Positions 1 through 9,497 of a DNA stretch of 42,429 nt are shown here, piece by piece. Below the pieces are notes generated by a model that did no database searches, was not told the DNA's origin, and worked only from the letters and a program-made list of their open reading frames with translations. The stretch is taken from the NCBI GenBank assembly GCA_040003795.1, contig JBDUBV010000003.1, positions 1-42,429 on the forward strand, in the 5' to 3' direction. Position 1 is the stretch's first letter, and each line of letters begins with the position of its first letter. Made by a program: the position numbers and the translations under genes. The DNA is from Pseudonocardiales bacterium. Lineage in GTDB: Bacteria; Actinomycetota; Actinomycetes; Mycobacteriales; QHCA01.

Positions 1-232
1 CCGGAGACCGTCGGTGACAGTGCCGTCCGGGGCGACGGCCATCCGCTGGCTGACGCCGGCGAGGCCGCCGGTCTCGGTGATCGTGAACACCGCGATGCTC
101 TGGGCACCCTGCCCGGATCCGTTGGGTCCGACTGGAGGGCCGCTTGCTCGCGCAGCCGGCCAGCAGGGCAGTGGCGATGGCGGCGGCGGACAGCCCCCGT
201 AGTCCGGTGGGCAACTGTGTGTTCATGGTCAT
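1..232 (-). pseudogene. 5' part of a lipoprotein gene with a single frameshift (runs off the window edge)
   Basis: ATG at 232 overlaps the tam stop (ATGA). Signal peptide with lipobox LLAGC. Removing one base near 144-145 restores a high-GC3 frame reading SGPPVGPNG...FTITETGGLAGVSQRMAVAPDG. Could be a sequencing error. Confidence 0.55.
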
Positions 233-1035
233 GGGATGCTGCTGGGCCCTGCGGGGTTCCGCTCAGGATCGCGGTGCGCCACCGCGAAGATCCGCCGGAA
301 CGGCAGCAGCGTGCCGAATGCTTCCCGCGGATAGGCGACCCGGAGCCGCTCGGCGTATTCGCTCACGAACTCCTCGCGCTCAGCGCCGTCGAGCACCGCG
401 AAGACCGGCCGCAGCGCCGTGCCCCTGGTCCACTCGAGCACGGCGTCGGCACCGCCGAGCAGGTGCAGGTAGGTCGTCTCCCACACGTCCGTGCTGAGCT
501 CCAGCCCGACCAGGGTGCTCACATAGTCAGCCGGTTCGTGCACTTGTGCCGCACGGGCCGCGCCGGCACCGAGCCGGTCGCGCCACCGAGGGCTCTCGCG
601 CAGCGCGGTGAGCTCGGTGTGACTCGGGGCGCTGAAGTTGCTGGGGACCTGGAACGCCAGCCAGCCGCCGACGGCCAGCATCGCGGCGAGCCGGGGGATC
701 AGGTCCAGGTGCCCGGGGATCCACTGCAGGGTCGCGTTGGAAACCAGCACATCGACCGGCCGGCCGGGTTGCCAAGTGCTGAGGTCGGCCTCGATGAAGT
801 GCAGCCTACCGGCCACGGCGTGCTGCTGCGCCGCGTGGATCATTTCCGGGGAGTTGTCGATTCCGACCACAGTGGCGCCCGGCCAGCGCTGCAGGAGGGT
901 CGCGGTCTGGTCGCCGGGACCGCAGCCCAGGTCGACGACGAACTGCGGGTCGGCGGCCGCCACCCGGCCGAGCAGGTCCTGGAACGGCCGGGTGCGCTCG
1001 TCGGCGTAGCGCTGGTAGACCTCGGGATCCCACAT
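229..1035 (-). CDS. tam: trans-aconitate 2-methyltransferase-like SAM-dependent methyltransferase
   Basis: MWDPEVYQRYADERTRPF N-terminus, VVDLGCGPG SAM motif, SNATLQW, C-terminal FRRIFAVA. Confidence 0.88.
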   Translation of the reverse strand: MWDPEVYQRYADERTRPFQDLLGRVAAADPQFVVDLGCGPGDQTATLLQRWPGATVVGIDNSPEMIHAAQQHAVAGRLHFIEADLSTWQPGRPVDVLVSNATLQWIPGHLDLIPRLAAMLAVGGWLAFQVPSNFSAPSHTELTALRESPRWRDRLGAGAARAAQVHEPADYVSTLVGLELSTDVWETTYLHLLGGADAVLEWTRGTALRPVFAVLDGAEREEFVSEYAERLRVAYPREAFGTLLPFRRIFAVAHRDPERNPAGPSSIP

Positions 1036-1047
1036 GCCGGCCGGGGT

Positions 1048-1500
1048 TCAATAGCCGGGGGCGGGCGTACCGGGTGGGTTGGAGGCGCCAGGCTCGGCGT
1101 TCGGGTTGGCAACGCAGACCTCCCCCTCCAGGCCATCCGGGTCGCGGAAGAAGACGCTGAAGCTCGGGCCGAAGTCGGTCACGAAGCCGTCGGTGGCACC
1201 GCGCTTGATGAGCCGAGACCGGATGGTGTTGAAGGCCTCCAGCGAGGCCGCCTGCAACCCGAGATGGTCGATGCGCCCGCGGCCGAACATGGGGGTCTGA
1301 CGGTGCGCCTCGGTGTTGCCCGGCACCTCGAAAACGTTGAGCTCCGCAGAGTGTCCGATGTGGATAAAGCAGAGTCGAGCATCCGGCCCGGCCGGCCCGT
1401 CCTGGCCGATCTCCGCGTCGAAGACCTCGCGATAGAAGGCCTGCAGGCGCTCGGTGTCGTTGGTCAGGATCGCCACGTGGTTGACGCCGTCGAGTAGCAC
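1048..1500 (-). CDS. VOC/glyoxalase-family protein
   Basis: GVNHVAILT...FY, GRIDHLG and FFRDPDG motifs; TACGGT -10 box 7 nt upstream of the GTG. Confidence 0.85.
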   Translation of the reverse strand: MLLDGVNHVAILTNDTERLQAFYREVFDAEIGQDGPAGPDARLCFIHIGHSAELNVFEVPGNTEAHRQTPMFGRGRIDHLGLQAASLEAFNTIRSRLIKRGATDGFVTDFGPSFSVFFRDPDGLEGEVCVANPNAEPGASNPPGTPAPGY

Positions 1501-1530
1501 ATCGAAGACCGTACGCCTTCGCAGGCCCGC

Positions 1531-4500
1531 TCAGGCTCGCAACCGCAGGCCACGGGGGGTGGGCCGGAAGCCGGCGGCCTCCAGTGCCTGCGCCAGCCCG
1601 GTCTCGCCCACCCGTTCGCCGTCGGCCCGCTCCGGCGCGATCTTTCCGAGCCAACCGTCGCGCACCGCCATTGCCAGGGCGTCGACGGCCGGCTGCAGCA
1701 GTCCACGGTCGTCGGTCCAGGACAGCAGGGTGCGGCCACCGCGTTCGACGTAAAGCACGAGATGGCCGTCGACGGTGACCACCAGGGCACCTGCCTTGCG
1801 ACCCGGCCGGTGCGACGTGTCGACGGGACGGGTCGGCCAGGGTAACGCCGCGCCGAAGGGGTTGGCCGGGTCGGTGGCGGCCAGCACGAGCGCGCGAGCC
1901 TGCTCGGGGCGGGCGTCCTGCGGTCTGGCCAGTGAGCGCAGGTGGTCGACCGCGCCGGGCACGGCGAACTGTGCACCGCCCAGGGACTCGACGAAATAGC
2001 CGCGGCGGGTGCGGCCGGCCTCCTCGGATGCCTTGAGGATCGGATAGACGCCGGCGAATCCGCCCGCCACCCGCTCGGCCACCACCGCGCCTCGGGTCAC
2101 GACGCCGTGCCGGTCCAGCAGTGACTCGGCGGCGGCGTGCGCGCGCCGGGTGGGGTCGGGCTCGCGCGCGGGCAGTCTCCACCACCTGCCGGCCACCGAC
2201 GGCGGGCCGGTGCGGGCAGGCAGCGATGCCCGACCCGGCCGGGCATATCTCACCCGCGCGGCGGGCCGCCAAGTGGCGTGGGTGGTGCGCCCGGTGCCCA
2301 GCAGGGAGCGCAGCGGCGCAAGCGTGTCGTTGGTGAGATAACCGGCCCAGACCAGGTCCCAGATGGCCGCCGCCAGGGCGGCGTCGTCGGTCGCGGCACA
2401 GCGCTCGGACAGCGACCGGAAGAACAAGGCCTGGCCGTCGCCCAGCGCCGCCAGGGCGGCTTCGTGCAGGGGGGTGCTGTCGAACTCGGCATCTGGGAAG
2501 GGCAGCAGCAACTCCGCGGTGTCGGGCAGTGCGAGGCTGACCCACCCGTCATTGCCGGCCAGCGCGCCTGAGCCGGCCCACAGCACCTCACCCGCTGCGC
2601 TCAGTTCGTCGAGCATCGTCGGGGAGTAGTCGGCGATCCGGGCCGGGAGCACTAGGCGCTCCAAGGCCGACGCCGGCACCGCCGCGCCCTGCAGTTGCTC
2701 GATCGTGCGCAGCAGTGCGTCGACCCCGCGGCCCGCCGCAGAGCCCACGTGCTGCCAGGCCGGCAAGAAGCGGGTGAGGGTGTCGACCGGCACCGGCTCG
2801 ACGTCCTTGCGCAGCTTGGCAAGTGAACGCCGGCGGATCATGCGCAACACCTCGGCGTCGCACCACTCGATGCCCGCCCCGCCCGGCCGGAACTCTCCGG
2901 ACACCAGCCGCCCTGTGGCAGCCAGGCGTTGCAGCGCCCCACCCACCACGGCGACGCCGAGACCGAACCGGGTGGCGCACTCGGCGGCGACGAAAGGACC
3001 GTGGGTACGGGCGTAGCGCGACACCAGATCACCCAGCGGGTCACGGACCGGCTCGGTGTAGGCCTCCGGCACGCCGACCGGCAGAGCTGCACCGAGCGCG
3101 TCGCGCACCCGGCCGGCATCCTCGATCGCGAACCACCGCTCGACATCGGCCACCCGCGCCCGGATGACGCGGCGGGCCGCCGCCAGTTCGGCCAGCCACT
3201 GGGGGCTGGCGCCTCGCTCGCAGGCCTCGGCCGTGCTGAGCCCGCCGATCAGCCGCAGCAGATCGGCAGTGCCGTCGAGGTCGCGGACCCGCCGCTCGGG
3301 GGTCAGCCGCTGCAGCTCGGCTCCGATCTCGTCGAGGGTCTCTGGATCGATGAGCTCGCGCAGCTCGGCCTGCCCCAGCAGCTCGGCCAGCAAGGTGGAG
3401 TCGAGTGAGAGCGCCTGCGCCCGGCGCTCGGCCAGCGGGGCGTCGCCTTCGTACATGAACATGCCGACGTAGCCGAACAGCAGCGAGCGGGCAAACGGCG
3501 ACGGCTGGACCGTCTCCACCTCCAGGACCCTCACCCGGCGGGCGGCGATGTCACTCATCAGGGTGACCAGGCCGGGCAGGTCGAAGACGTCCTGCAGGCA
3601 CTCGCGCATCGTCTCGAGCACGATCGGGAAGCTGCCGTAGTTCCCTGCCACCTGCAGCAATTGAGCGGCCCGCTGCCGCTGCTGCCACAGCGGCGAGCGC
3701 CGGCCGGGATTGCGCCGTGGGAGCAGCAACGCGCGCGCAGCGCACTCGCGGAAGCGGGCGGCGAACAGCGCCGAGCCGCCGACCTCGGCAGTGACCAGCC
3801 CGTCGATCTCGTCGGGCTCGAAGACCGCGAACCCCCCGGGTGGCTCGCCGTCGGTCTCCGGCAGGCGTACGACGATGCCGTCGTCGGAGTGCATCGAGGC
3901 GACGTCGAGGCCGTAGCGCTCGCGCAGCCGGGCGGCGATCGCCAGCGCCCACGGAGCGTTGACCTGGGCGCCGAAGGGGGAGTGCACGGCGATCCGCCAG
4001 TCGCCGAGCTCGTCGCGGAAGCGCTCGACGACGATCGTGCGGTCGTCGGGTAGATGCCCGGTCGCCTGCCGCTGCTCGGCCAGGTAGGCGACCAGGTTGG
4101 CCGCCCCCCACTCGTCGAGCCCGGTGGCTGCGGCACGTTGGACAGCAGCCGCCGGCTCCAGGACCGAAAGCTCGCGGACGAAGCTGCCGATCGCCCGGCC
4201 GAGCTCCAACGGCCGGCCGAGCGCGTCACCCTTCCAGAACGGCATCCGGCCGGCCTGACCGGGCGCGGGGGAGACCAGCACCCGGTCGTGGGTGATGTCC
4301 TCGATGCGCCAACTGCTGCTGCCCAGCAGGAACACGTCACCGACGCGGGACTCGTAGACCATCTCCTCGTCGAGCTCGCCCACCCGGGCGCCGGGCTCGC
4401 CCTCCCGGCCGGCCAGGAACACCCCGAACAGCCCCCGGTCGGGAATCGTTCCGCCGCTGGTGACGGCGAGCCGCTGGGCACCCGAGCGGGCAGACAACGT

Positions 4501-6057
4501 GCCGCTGACGCGGTCCCAGACGATCCGGGGCCGCAACTCGGCGAAGTCGTCGGAGGGGTAACGCCCCGCCAGCATGTCCAGCACTGCCTCGAACGCCGAC
4601 TGGGGTAGGGCCGCGAATGGGGCGGCCCTACGGACCATGGTCGCGAGGTCCTCGACCGGCCAGTCCTGCATCGCCACCATGGCGACGATCTGCTGCGCCA
4701 GCACGTCGAGGGGGTTGCGCGGATAGGACAGTGCTTCGATTGCGCCGTGCACCATCCGCTCGGCGACGACCGCGCACGGTACGAGGTCGCCGCGGTATTT
4801 GGGAAAGATGACACCGTGCGACACCGCGCCGACGTGGTGCCCGGCGCGCCCGATGCGCTGCAGTCCGCTGGCCACCGAGGGCGGTGACTCGACCTGCACC
4901 ACGAGGTCGACGGCGCCCATGTCGATGCCCAGCTCCAGGCTGCTGGTCGCCACGACAGCCGGCAGGGTGCCCGCCTTCAAGGCCTCCTCGGTCAGCCGCC
5001 GCTGCTCGCGGGAGACCGACCCGTGGTGGGCGCGGGCGACGTCAGGTCCCTCAACCCGTGCCGGCGGGCCGGACCCGGACTGCCCCATGAGCTGGGCGGG
5101 CACGGAGCCGAGCACCGACTCCACGTCGGGGCTGGACTGCTCGTGGGCGATCTCGTTGATCCGTGAGCACAGCCGCTCGGCCAGCCGCCGGGAGTTGGCG
5201 AACACGATCGTGCTGCGGTGGGCCCGGATCAACTCGAGGACCCGCTCCTCGACGGCCGGCCAGATCGAGGCCCGGCGCTGCGGCTGATCGTCGGAGATCG
5301 GCTCAGCCGTCTCGCCCAGCGCGGACATGTCCTCGACCGGCACCACGATCTGCACGTCGACGGTCTTGGCCGCCGGCGGTGCCACGATCGTGACCTCCCG
5401 CGCCCCGCCGAGGAACCGCGCCACCTCCTCTGCAGGCCGCACCGTCGCTGACAGCCCGATCCGTTGGGCCGGTGCCTCTAGCAGCGCGTCCAGGCGCTCG
5501 AGTGACAGCGCGAGGTGGGCGCCGCGCTTGGTGGAGCACACCGCGTGCACCTCGTCGACGATGACGGTGTCGACACCCCTCAAGGCCTCGCGGGCCTGGC
5601 TGGTGAGCAGCAGGAACAACGACTCCGGTGTCGTGATCAGGATGTCCGGCGGTCGGCGGCCGAAGTCGCGGCGCTCACGCGCGGGGGTGTCCCCGGAGCG
5701 CGTCCCCACGGTGATGTCCGGGCGGGGCAGACTCAGCCGGTGACTGGCCTGCCAGATGCCGGCGAGAGGGGAACGCAGGTTGCGCTCGACGTCGGCCGCC
5801 AGCGCCTTGAGCGGGCTGATGTAGAGCACCCGGCAGCGGCGCAGGGCATCGGCGGGCGGGCCCTCGGCGGCCAGCCGGTCGATGGACCACAGAAAGGCAG
5901 CCAGCGTCTTGCCGGATCCGGTCGGCGCGACGCACAGCACGTCGCTGCCGCCCGCGATGGCATCCCAGGCACCCTCCTGGGCGGCGGTGGGACGCTCGAA
6001 CGCCCCCCGGAACCACGCCTGCGTGGCGGGGGAGAAGCGGTTGAGGACGTCGGGCAC
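1531..6057 (-). CDS. lhr: Lhr-family ATP-dependent helicase, long form with C-terminal winged-helix/glycosylase-like domain
   Basis: APTGSGKT, YISPLKAL, TTPESL, DEVH, GLSAT, HHGS, ATSSLELGID and QRIGRAGH motifs. GTG 6057 chosen from promoter spacing; ATG 6066 is the alternative start. Confidence 0.95.
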   Translation of the reverse strand: MPDVLNRFSPATQAWFRGAFERPTAAQEGAWDAIAGGSDVLCVAPTGSGKTLAAFLWSIDRLAAEGPPADALRRCRVLYISPLKALAADVERNLRSPLAGIWQASHRLSLPRPDITVGTRSGDTPARERRDFGRRPPDILITTPESLFLLLTSQAREALRGVDTVIVDEVHAVCSTKRGAHLALSLERLDALLEAPAQRIGLSATVRPAEEVARFLGGAREVTIVAPPAAKTVDVQIVVPVEDMSALGETAEPISDDQPQRRASIWPAVEERVLELIRAHRSTIVFANSRRLAERLCSRINEIAHEQSSPDVESVLGSVPAQLMGQSGSGPPARVEGPDVARAHHGSVSREQRRLTEEALKAGTLPAVVATSSLELGIDMGAVDLVVQVESPPSVASGLQRIGRAGHHVGAVSHGVIFPKYRGDLVPCAVVAERMVHGAIEALSYPRNPLDVLAQQIVAMVAMQDWPVEDLATMVRRAAPFAALPQSAFEAVLDMLAGRYPSDDFAELRPRIVWDRVSGTLSARSGAQRLAVTSGGTIPDRGLFGVFLAGREGEPGARVGELDEEMVYESRVGDVFLLGSSSWRIEDITHDRVLVSPAPGQAGRMPFWKGDALGRPLELGRAIGSFVRELSVLEPAAAVQRAAATGLDEWGAANLVAYLAEQRQATGHLPDDRTIVVERFRDELGDWRIAVHSPFGAQVNAPWALAIAARLRERYGLDVASMHSDDGIVVRLPETDGEPPGGFAVFEPDEIDGLVTAEVGGSALFAARFRECAARALLLPRRNPGRRSPLWQQRQRAAQLLQVAGNYGSFPIVLETMRECLQDVFDLPGLVTLMSDIAARRVRVLEVETVQPSPFARSLLFGYVGMFMYEGDAPLAERRAQALSLDSTLLAELLGQAELRELIDPETLDEIGAELQRLTPERRVRDLDGTADLLRLIGGLSTAEACERGASPQWLAELAAARRVIRARVADVERWFAIEDAGRVRDALGAALPVGVPEAYTEPVRDPLGDLVSRYARTHGPFVAAECATRFGLGVAVVGGALQRLAATGRLVSGEFRPGGAGIEWCDAEVLRMIRRRSLAKLRKDVEPVPVDTLTRFLPAWQHVGSAAGRGVDALLRTIEQLQGAAVPASALERLVLPARIADYSPTMLDELSAAGEVLWAGSGALAGNDGWVSLALPDTAELLLPFPDAEFDSTPLHEAALAALGDGQALFFRSLSERCAATDDAALAAAIWDLVWAGYLTNDTLAPLRSLLGTGRTTHATWRPAARVRYARPGRASLPARTGPPSVAGRWWRLPAREPDPTRRAHAAAESLLDRHGVVTRGAVVAERVAGGFAGVYPILKASEEAGRTRRGYFVESLGGAQFAVPGAVDHLRSLARPQDARPEQARALVLAATDPANPFGAALPWPTRPVDTSHRPGRKAGALVVTVDGHLVLYVERGGRTLLSWTDDRGLLQPAVDALAMAVRDGWLGKIAPERADGERVGETGLAQALEAAGFRPTPRGLRLRA

Positions 6058-6064
6058 GCTGTTC

Positions 6065-6086
6065 ATAGTGCCTCGGGGGTGCGACA
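6065..6086 (-). promoter_or_regulatory. PafBC/RecA-NDp-like promoter of lhr, probably leaderless
   Basis: Minus strand reads TGTCGC-N10-CACTAT-N7-GTG; mycobacterial consensus is TGTCGG-N10-TAnnnT. Confidence 0.55.
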
Positions 6087-6123
6087 GAGCAAGCTGCCCT
6101 GGCGTCCTGGCACACTGACTGGC

Positions 6124-7266
6124 ATGCAGCGCACCCTCTTCGGCCCCGACCACGACGCCTTCCGCGCGCTGGCCCGGTCGTTTCTGGACAGCCATGTCGT
6201 CCCCTTTCACGCCCAGTGGGAGAAGGACGGCATCGTCGACCGCGCCATGTGGTTGGAGGCCGGCAAGCTGGGACTGCTGGGCACCGACGTGCCTGAGGAG
6301 TACGGCGGAGGGGGGCAGCCCGACTTCCGTTACAACGCGGTCCTGGTCGAGGAGTTGGTGAGGGGCGGCACGACGGGAGTCGGTTTCGGCCTGCACAACG
6401 ACGTCGTCGCGCCGTACCTGCTCCGTCACACCACCGAGGAGCAGAAGCAGCGCTGGCTGCCCGGCTTCTGCGCCGGCGAGCTCATCACCGCGATCGCCAT
6501 GAGCGAGCCGGCCGCCGGAAGCGACCTGCAGGGCATCCGTACCACTGCCCGGCGCGACGGCGACAGCTACGTCGTCAACGGGTCCAAGAACTTCATCACC
6601 AACGGGATCAACTCCGATCTGGTGATCGTGGTGGCCAAGACCGACCCGGCCAAGGGTGCGCACGGGATCAGCCTGCTCATGCTCGAGCGGGGAATGCTCG
6701 GGTTCGAGCGCGGCCGCAACCTCGAGAAGATGGGCCTCAAGGCCCAGGACACTGCCGAGTTGTTCTTCGATGATGTGCGGGTTCCGGTCGAGAACCTCCT
6801 CGGCGAGGAGAACCACGGCTTCTACTACCTGATCGAGAACCTCCCGCAGGAGCGCCTCGGCATCGCCGTGGTCGCCGTGGCCTCGTGCGAGCGGATGCTG
6901 GAGCTGACCATCGAGTACGTCAAGACCCGGGAGGCCTTCGGCCGCTCGATCGGGTCCTTCCAGAACACCCGCTTCCTGCTGGCGGAGCTGACGACGGAGA
7001 CGGCGGTCGCCCGTACGTTCATCGACCGGTGCATCGCCGAGCACAACGCCGGGACCCTGTCGGCCATCGACGCGGCCATGGCCAAGTGGTGGACCACCGA
7101 GTTGCAGAACAAGGTCGCCGACCGCTGTGTGCAACTGCACGGCGGTTACGGCTACATGCTGGAGTACCCGATCGCCCGGGCGTTCCTGGACTCGCGGGTC
7201 CAGACGATCTACGGGGGATCGACGGAGATCATGAAGGAGATCATCGGCCGGTCACTGGGCATCTGA
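6124..7266 (+). CDS. acyl-CoA dehydrogenase (long-chain type)
   Basis: AIAMSEPAAGSDLQGI, NGSKNFITNG, QLHGGYGYM and IYGGSTEIMKEII motifs. Confidence 0.95.
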   Translation: MQRTLFGPDHDAFRALARSFLDSHVVPFHAQWEKDGIVDRAMWLEAGKLGLLGTDVPEEYGGGGQPDFRYNAVLVEELVRGGTTGVGFGLHNDVVAPYLLRHTTEEQKQRWLPGFCAGELITAIAMSEPAAGSDLQGIRTTARRDGDSYVVNGSKNFITNGINSDLVIVVAKTDPAKGAHGISLLMLERGMLGFERGRNLEKMGLKAQDTAELFFDDVRVPVENLLGEENHGFYYLIENLPQERLGIAVVAVASCERMLELTIEYVKTREAFGRSIGSFQNTRFLLAELTTETAVARTFIDRCIAEHNAGTLSAIDAAMAKWWTTELQNKVADRCVQLHGGYGYMLEYPIARAFLDSRVQTIYGGSTEIMKEIIGRSLGI

Positions 7267-7289
7267 CCGGGCGGGCTAGCCTGCCAATC

Positions 7290-7484
7290 GTGCGGCTCAC
7301 GGAGTTCTGGACGCGGATGCAGGAGCACTTCGGGGTGGCATACGCCGACTCCATCGCCACCGACCAGGTGCTGGGGGAGCTCGGCGGCCGCAGCGTACGC
7401 GAGGCCTTGGCAGCCGGTGATGATCCCAAGGTGGTCTGGCGTGCCGTGTGCGCCGCCTTCGACATACCCGTCCGCAACCGGTGA
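7290..7484 (+). CDS. DUF3046-family small protein
   Basis: MRLTEFW..M..HFG..YA....DQVL..LGGRS..EAL..G.DPK.VWRAVC; usual position upstream of actinobacterial recA. Confidence 0.85.
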   Translation: MRLTEFWTRMQEHFGVAYADSIATDQVLGELGGRSVREALAAGDDPKVVWRAVCAAFDIPVRNR

Positions 7485-7537
7485 ACCGCGTCGCATGCCC
7501 CGTGCCGATCGGCGCCTCGTCTGCGACCATGCCTGCC

Positions 7538-8491
7538 ATGGGACGTCACAGACTGCTGGTCGCGGTGGCCGGGGCAATCGGCCTGCTACTCAGCCTCAGC
7601 GGTTGCGTCAAGCTCGACATGGACCTGACCATCAGGTCCAACGACACGGTCGAAGGCACGATCATCCTTGCCGTCAACAAGCGGCTGCTAACAGCCTCCG
7701 GCCAGGGAGAGCAGCAGCTGCACGACCAACTCGAGAAGCAGGGACCCTTCGCGGCCGCCGAACGGCCCAAGGAGGGCACGTTCAGCCAGCGCCCGTACGA
7801 CAAGGACGGCAGGGTCGGCGAGGCCTACACGTTCTCCGGTGTCCCGCTCACGGAGTTCGGCAACAGCGGCACCGGCCTGAAGATCACCCACACCGGTGAC
7901 CGGTACTTCGTGTCGGGCCAACTGGACCTGACCACCCAGTCGGCGACCGACCCCCAGACCGAGGCGCTGGCCAAACAGTTCGGCAGCACGCCGGAGCTGC
8001 GGATCAAGATGACCTTTCCCGGCGAAGTACTCACGAGCAACGGCACCATCAACGGTCGCTCCGTCACCTGGCATCCCAAGCTGGGCCAGCGGACGTTGCT
8101 GAGCGCAGAGGCGCGCACGACAGCGGTGATCCCCAAGTTGCTGGCGATAGCCGGCGGCGTGGTCGGGCTTCTGCTGGTGATCGGCCTGGTCGTGCTGCTG
8201 GTGCTGCGCCGCCGCCGACGGGTGCGCGAGGCCTACGCCGGTCAGCCGGCTTATGCTCCGGCCGGTTACGGAGGGTACGACCCGTCGCCTGCCCAGCAGC
8301 AGGAGGCGTACGGCCCGGGCCAGGGGCAGTACGGCGCACCGTACGCAGCGCCCTCGCAGTCGGAGGGCTGGGCCTGGCCCGCGCCACCCTCGCCGGAGGC
8401 CAGCGGGGTGTCGCCCGCCGATCGGACGCAGCAGTTGCCCGTCGTCGACCCGGCGCGGCCGGTGCCTCCCGACGAGCCAGGGCCGCGGTGA
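7538..8491 (+). CDS. LppM/DUF3153-like lipoprotein with C-terminal TM helix and Pro/Gln/Tyr-rich tail
   Basis: Lipobox LSGC, DDTV-like segment, TFPGEVLTSNG, hydrophobic TM followed by RRRRR. Confidence 0.75.
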   Translation: MGRHRLLVAVAGAIGLLLSLSGCVKLDMDLTIRSNDTVEGTIILAVNKRLLTASGQGEQQLHDQLEKQGPFAAAERPKEGTFSQRPYDKDGRVGEAYTFSGVPLTEFGNSGTGLKITHTGDRYFVSGQLDLTTQSATDPQTEALAKQFGSTPELRIKMTFPGEVLTSNGTINGRSVTWHPKLGQRTLLSAEARTTAVIPKLLAIAGGVVGLLLVIGLVVLLVLRRRRRVREAYAGQPAYAPAGYGGYDPSPAQQQEAYGPGQGQYGAPYAAPSQSEGWAWPAPPSPEASGVSPADRTQQLPVVDPARPVPPDEPGPR

Positions 8492-8577
8492 CGAGTGTGG
8501 GCGCACCGGGAAGGTGCCGAACTGGCGGTCCGGCACCGGTAGCCGGCTCCTTCGGGTGCTCCTGAGAGACTGAGGAC

Positions 8578-9215
8578 TTGGAGAAGCTCACCACCTGGCA
8601 GATACTCGGCGCGCGCCTCGATTGGCACACATTCGCGCAGGGCCTCCACGCGCAGTTCCTGACTCGAGACCTCGCGGTCGGCTGCACATTCGTCACCGCC
8701 GTCAGCGAGCCGCCGAGACGGCAACAAACACCGGGCGTGCGGCTGACCGTCCCGTTGGTAGACATCAGGTTGATCAGCCATGACGTCGGTGGGTAACCCA
8801 GCGCGACATCGACCTCGCCCGGCGGATCAGCGAGATCGCCCGCGACCAAGGATCGCCGCCGAGCGAGTGCCGTGACCCAGATCGAGCTCGCATCGGACAC
8901 CGCTGACCTCGCCGCCGCGGGACCCTTCTGGGCCGCCCTGCTCACCGGGAGTCCCGACTCACTCGTGGGTGACGACATCGTCGATCCCAGCGGCCGGGTG
9001 CCCCCGCTCTGGTGCCAGGGCACCGACGCACATGAGACTCCGCGTCAGCGCTTGCACATCGACCTGTGGGTCCCGCATGACGTCGCCGAGGAGCGGATCG
9101 CGGTCGCGGTCGCCGCGGGGGGCGAGTGGTCGACGACGAGAACGCCCCGTCGTTCGTCGTGCTGGCCGACCCGGAGGGCATCAAGGCCTGTGTGTGCACG
9201 CTCGTCGGCCGGTGA
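8578..9215 (+). pseudogene. degraded pterin-4a-carbinolamine dehydratase/VOC fusion gene
   Basis: Segments spread over several frames: W..AQGLHAQF, L.SHD, WVTQRDIDLARRISEIA, VTQIELA.DTAD, FWAALL, QRLHIDLWV, PSFVVLADPEG.KACVCT; several frameshifts. Confidence 0.75.
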
Positions 9216-9308
9216 GGGGCTGACACCGGGCGCTGCGGTGGCTGACCTCGGCAAGGCCGTTGTCGGAGAACACTCCATAGCCGTTGACCCCGGCGTGTCG
9301 AGCCCATT

Positions 9309-9324
9309 TCGAACACGTGTTCGG
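9309..9324 (+). promoter_or_regulatory. LexA SOS box upstream of recA
   Basis: TCGAAC-ACGT-GTTCGG matches the actinobacterial TCGAAC-N4-GTTCGA; candidate -10 TAACGT at 9327-9332. Confidence 0.9.
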
Positions 9325-9333
9325 GCTAACGTG

Positions 9334-9360
9334 TTGTCCACAAGGCCGTGGTCGTCCACA
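9334..9360 (+). promoter_or_regulatory. two DnaA-box-like sequences in the recA upstream region
   Basis: TTGTCCACA (9334-9342, perfect actinobacterial box) and TCGTCCACA (9352-9360, one mismatch). Confidence 0.55.
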
Positions 9361-9383
9361 GCGGGGTAACGGGTCGGGCAGAT

Positions 9384-9405
9384 TGTCGGACCTGCCATCT
9401 AGCGT
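9384..9405 (+). promoter_or_regulatory. PafBC-dependent (RecA-NDp) proximal recA promoter
   Basis: TGTCGG-N10-TAGCGT, exact match to TGTCGG-N10-TA-N3-T. Confidence 0.85.
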
Positions 9406-9497
9406 CTGCCGTGACCGCACAACCGAGAAGAACCGACACTGCGAAAGCCCGAAGCAGAGACACCCGACGTCCCGACTCTCAAAGCAAGGTGGCAGGC

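Noticed and set aside
6067-7140. Apparent N-terminal extension of Lhr (1869-aa ORF)
   Set aside because: It is the stop-free antisense frame of the acyl-CoA dehydrogenase; Lhr similarity and a promoter begin at about 6057.
9261-9289. Second TGTCGG and a TTGACC upstream of recA
   Set aside because: Neither has a TAnnnT at the required spacing.
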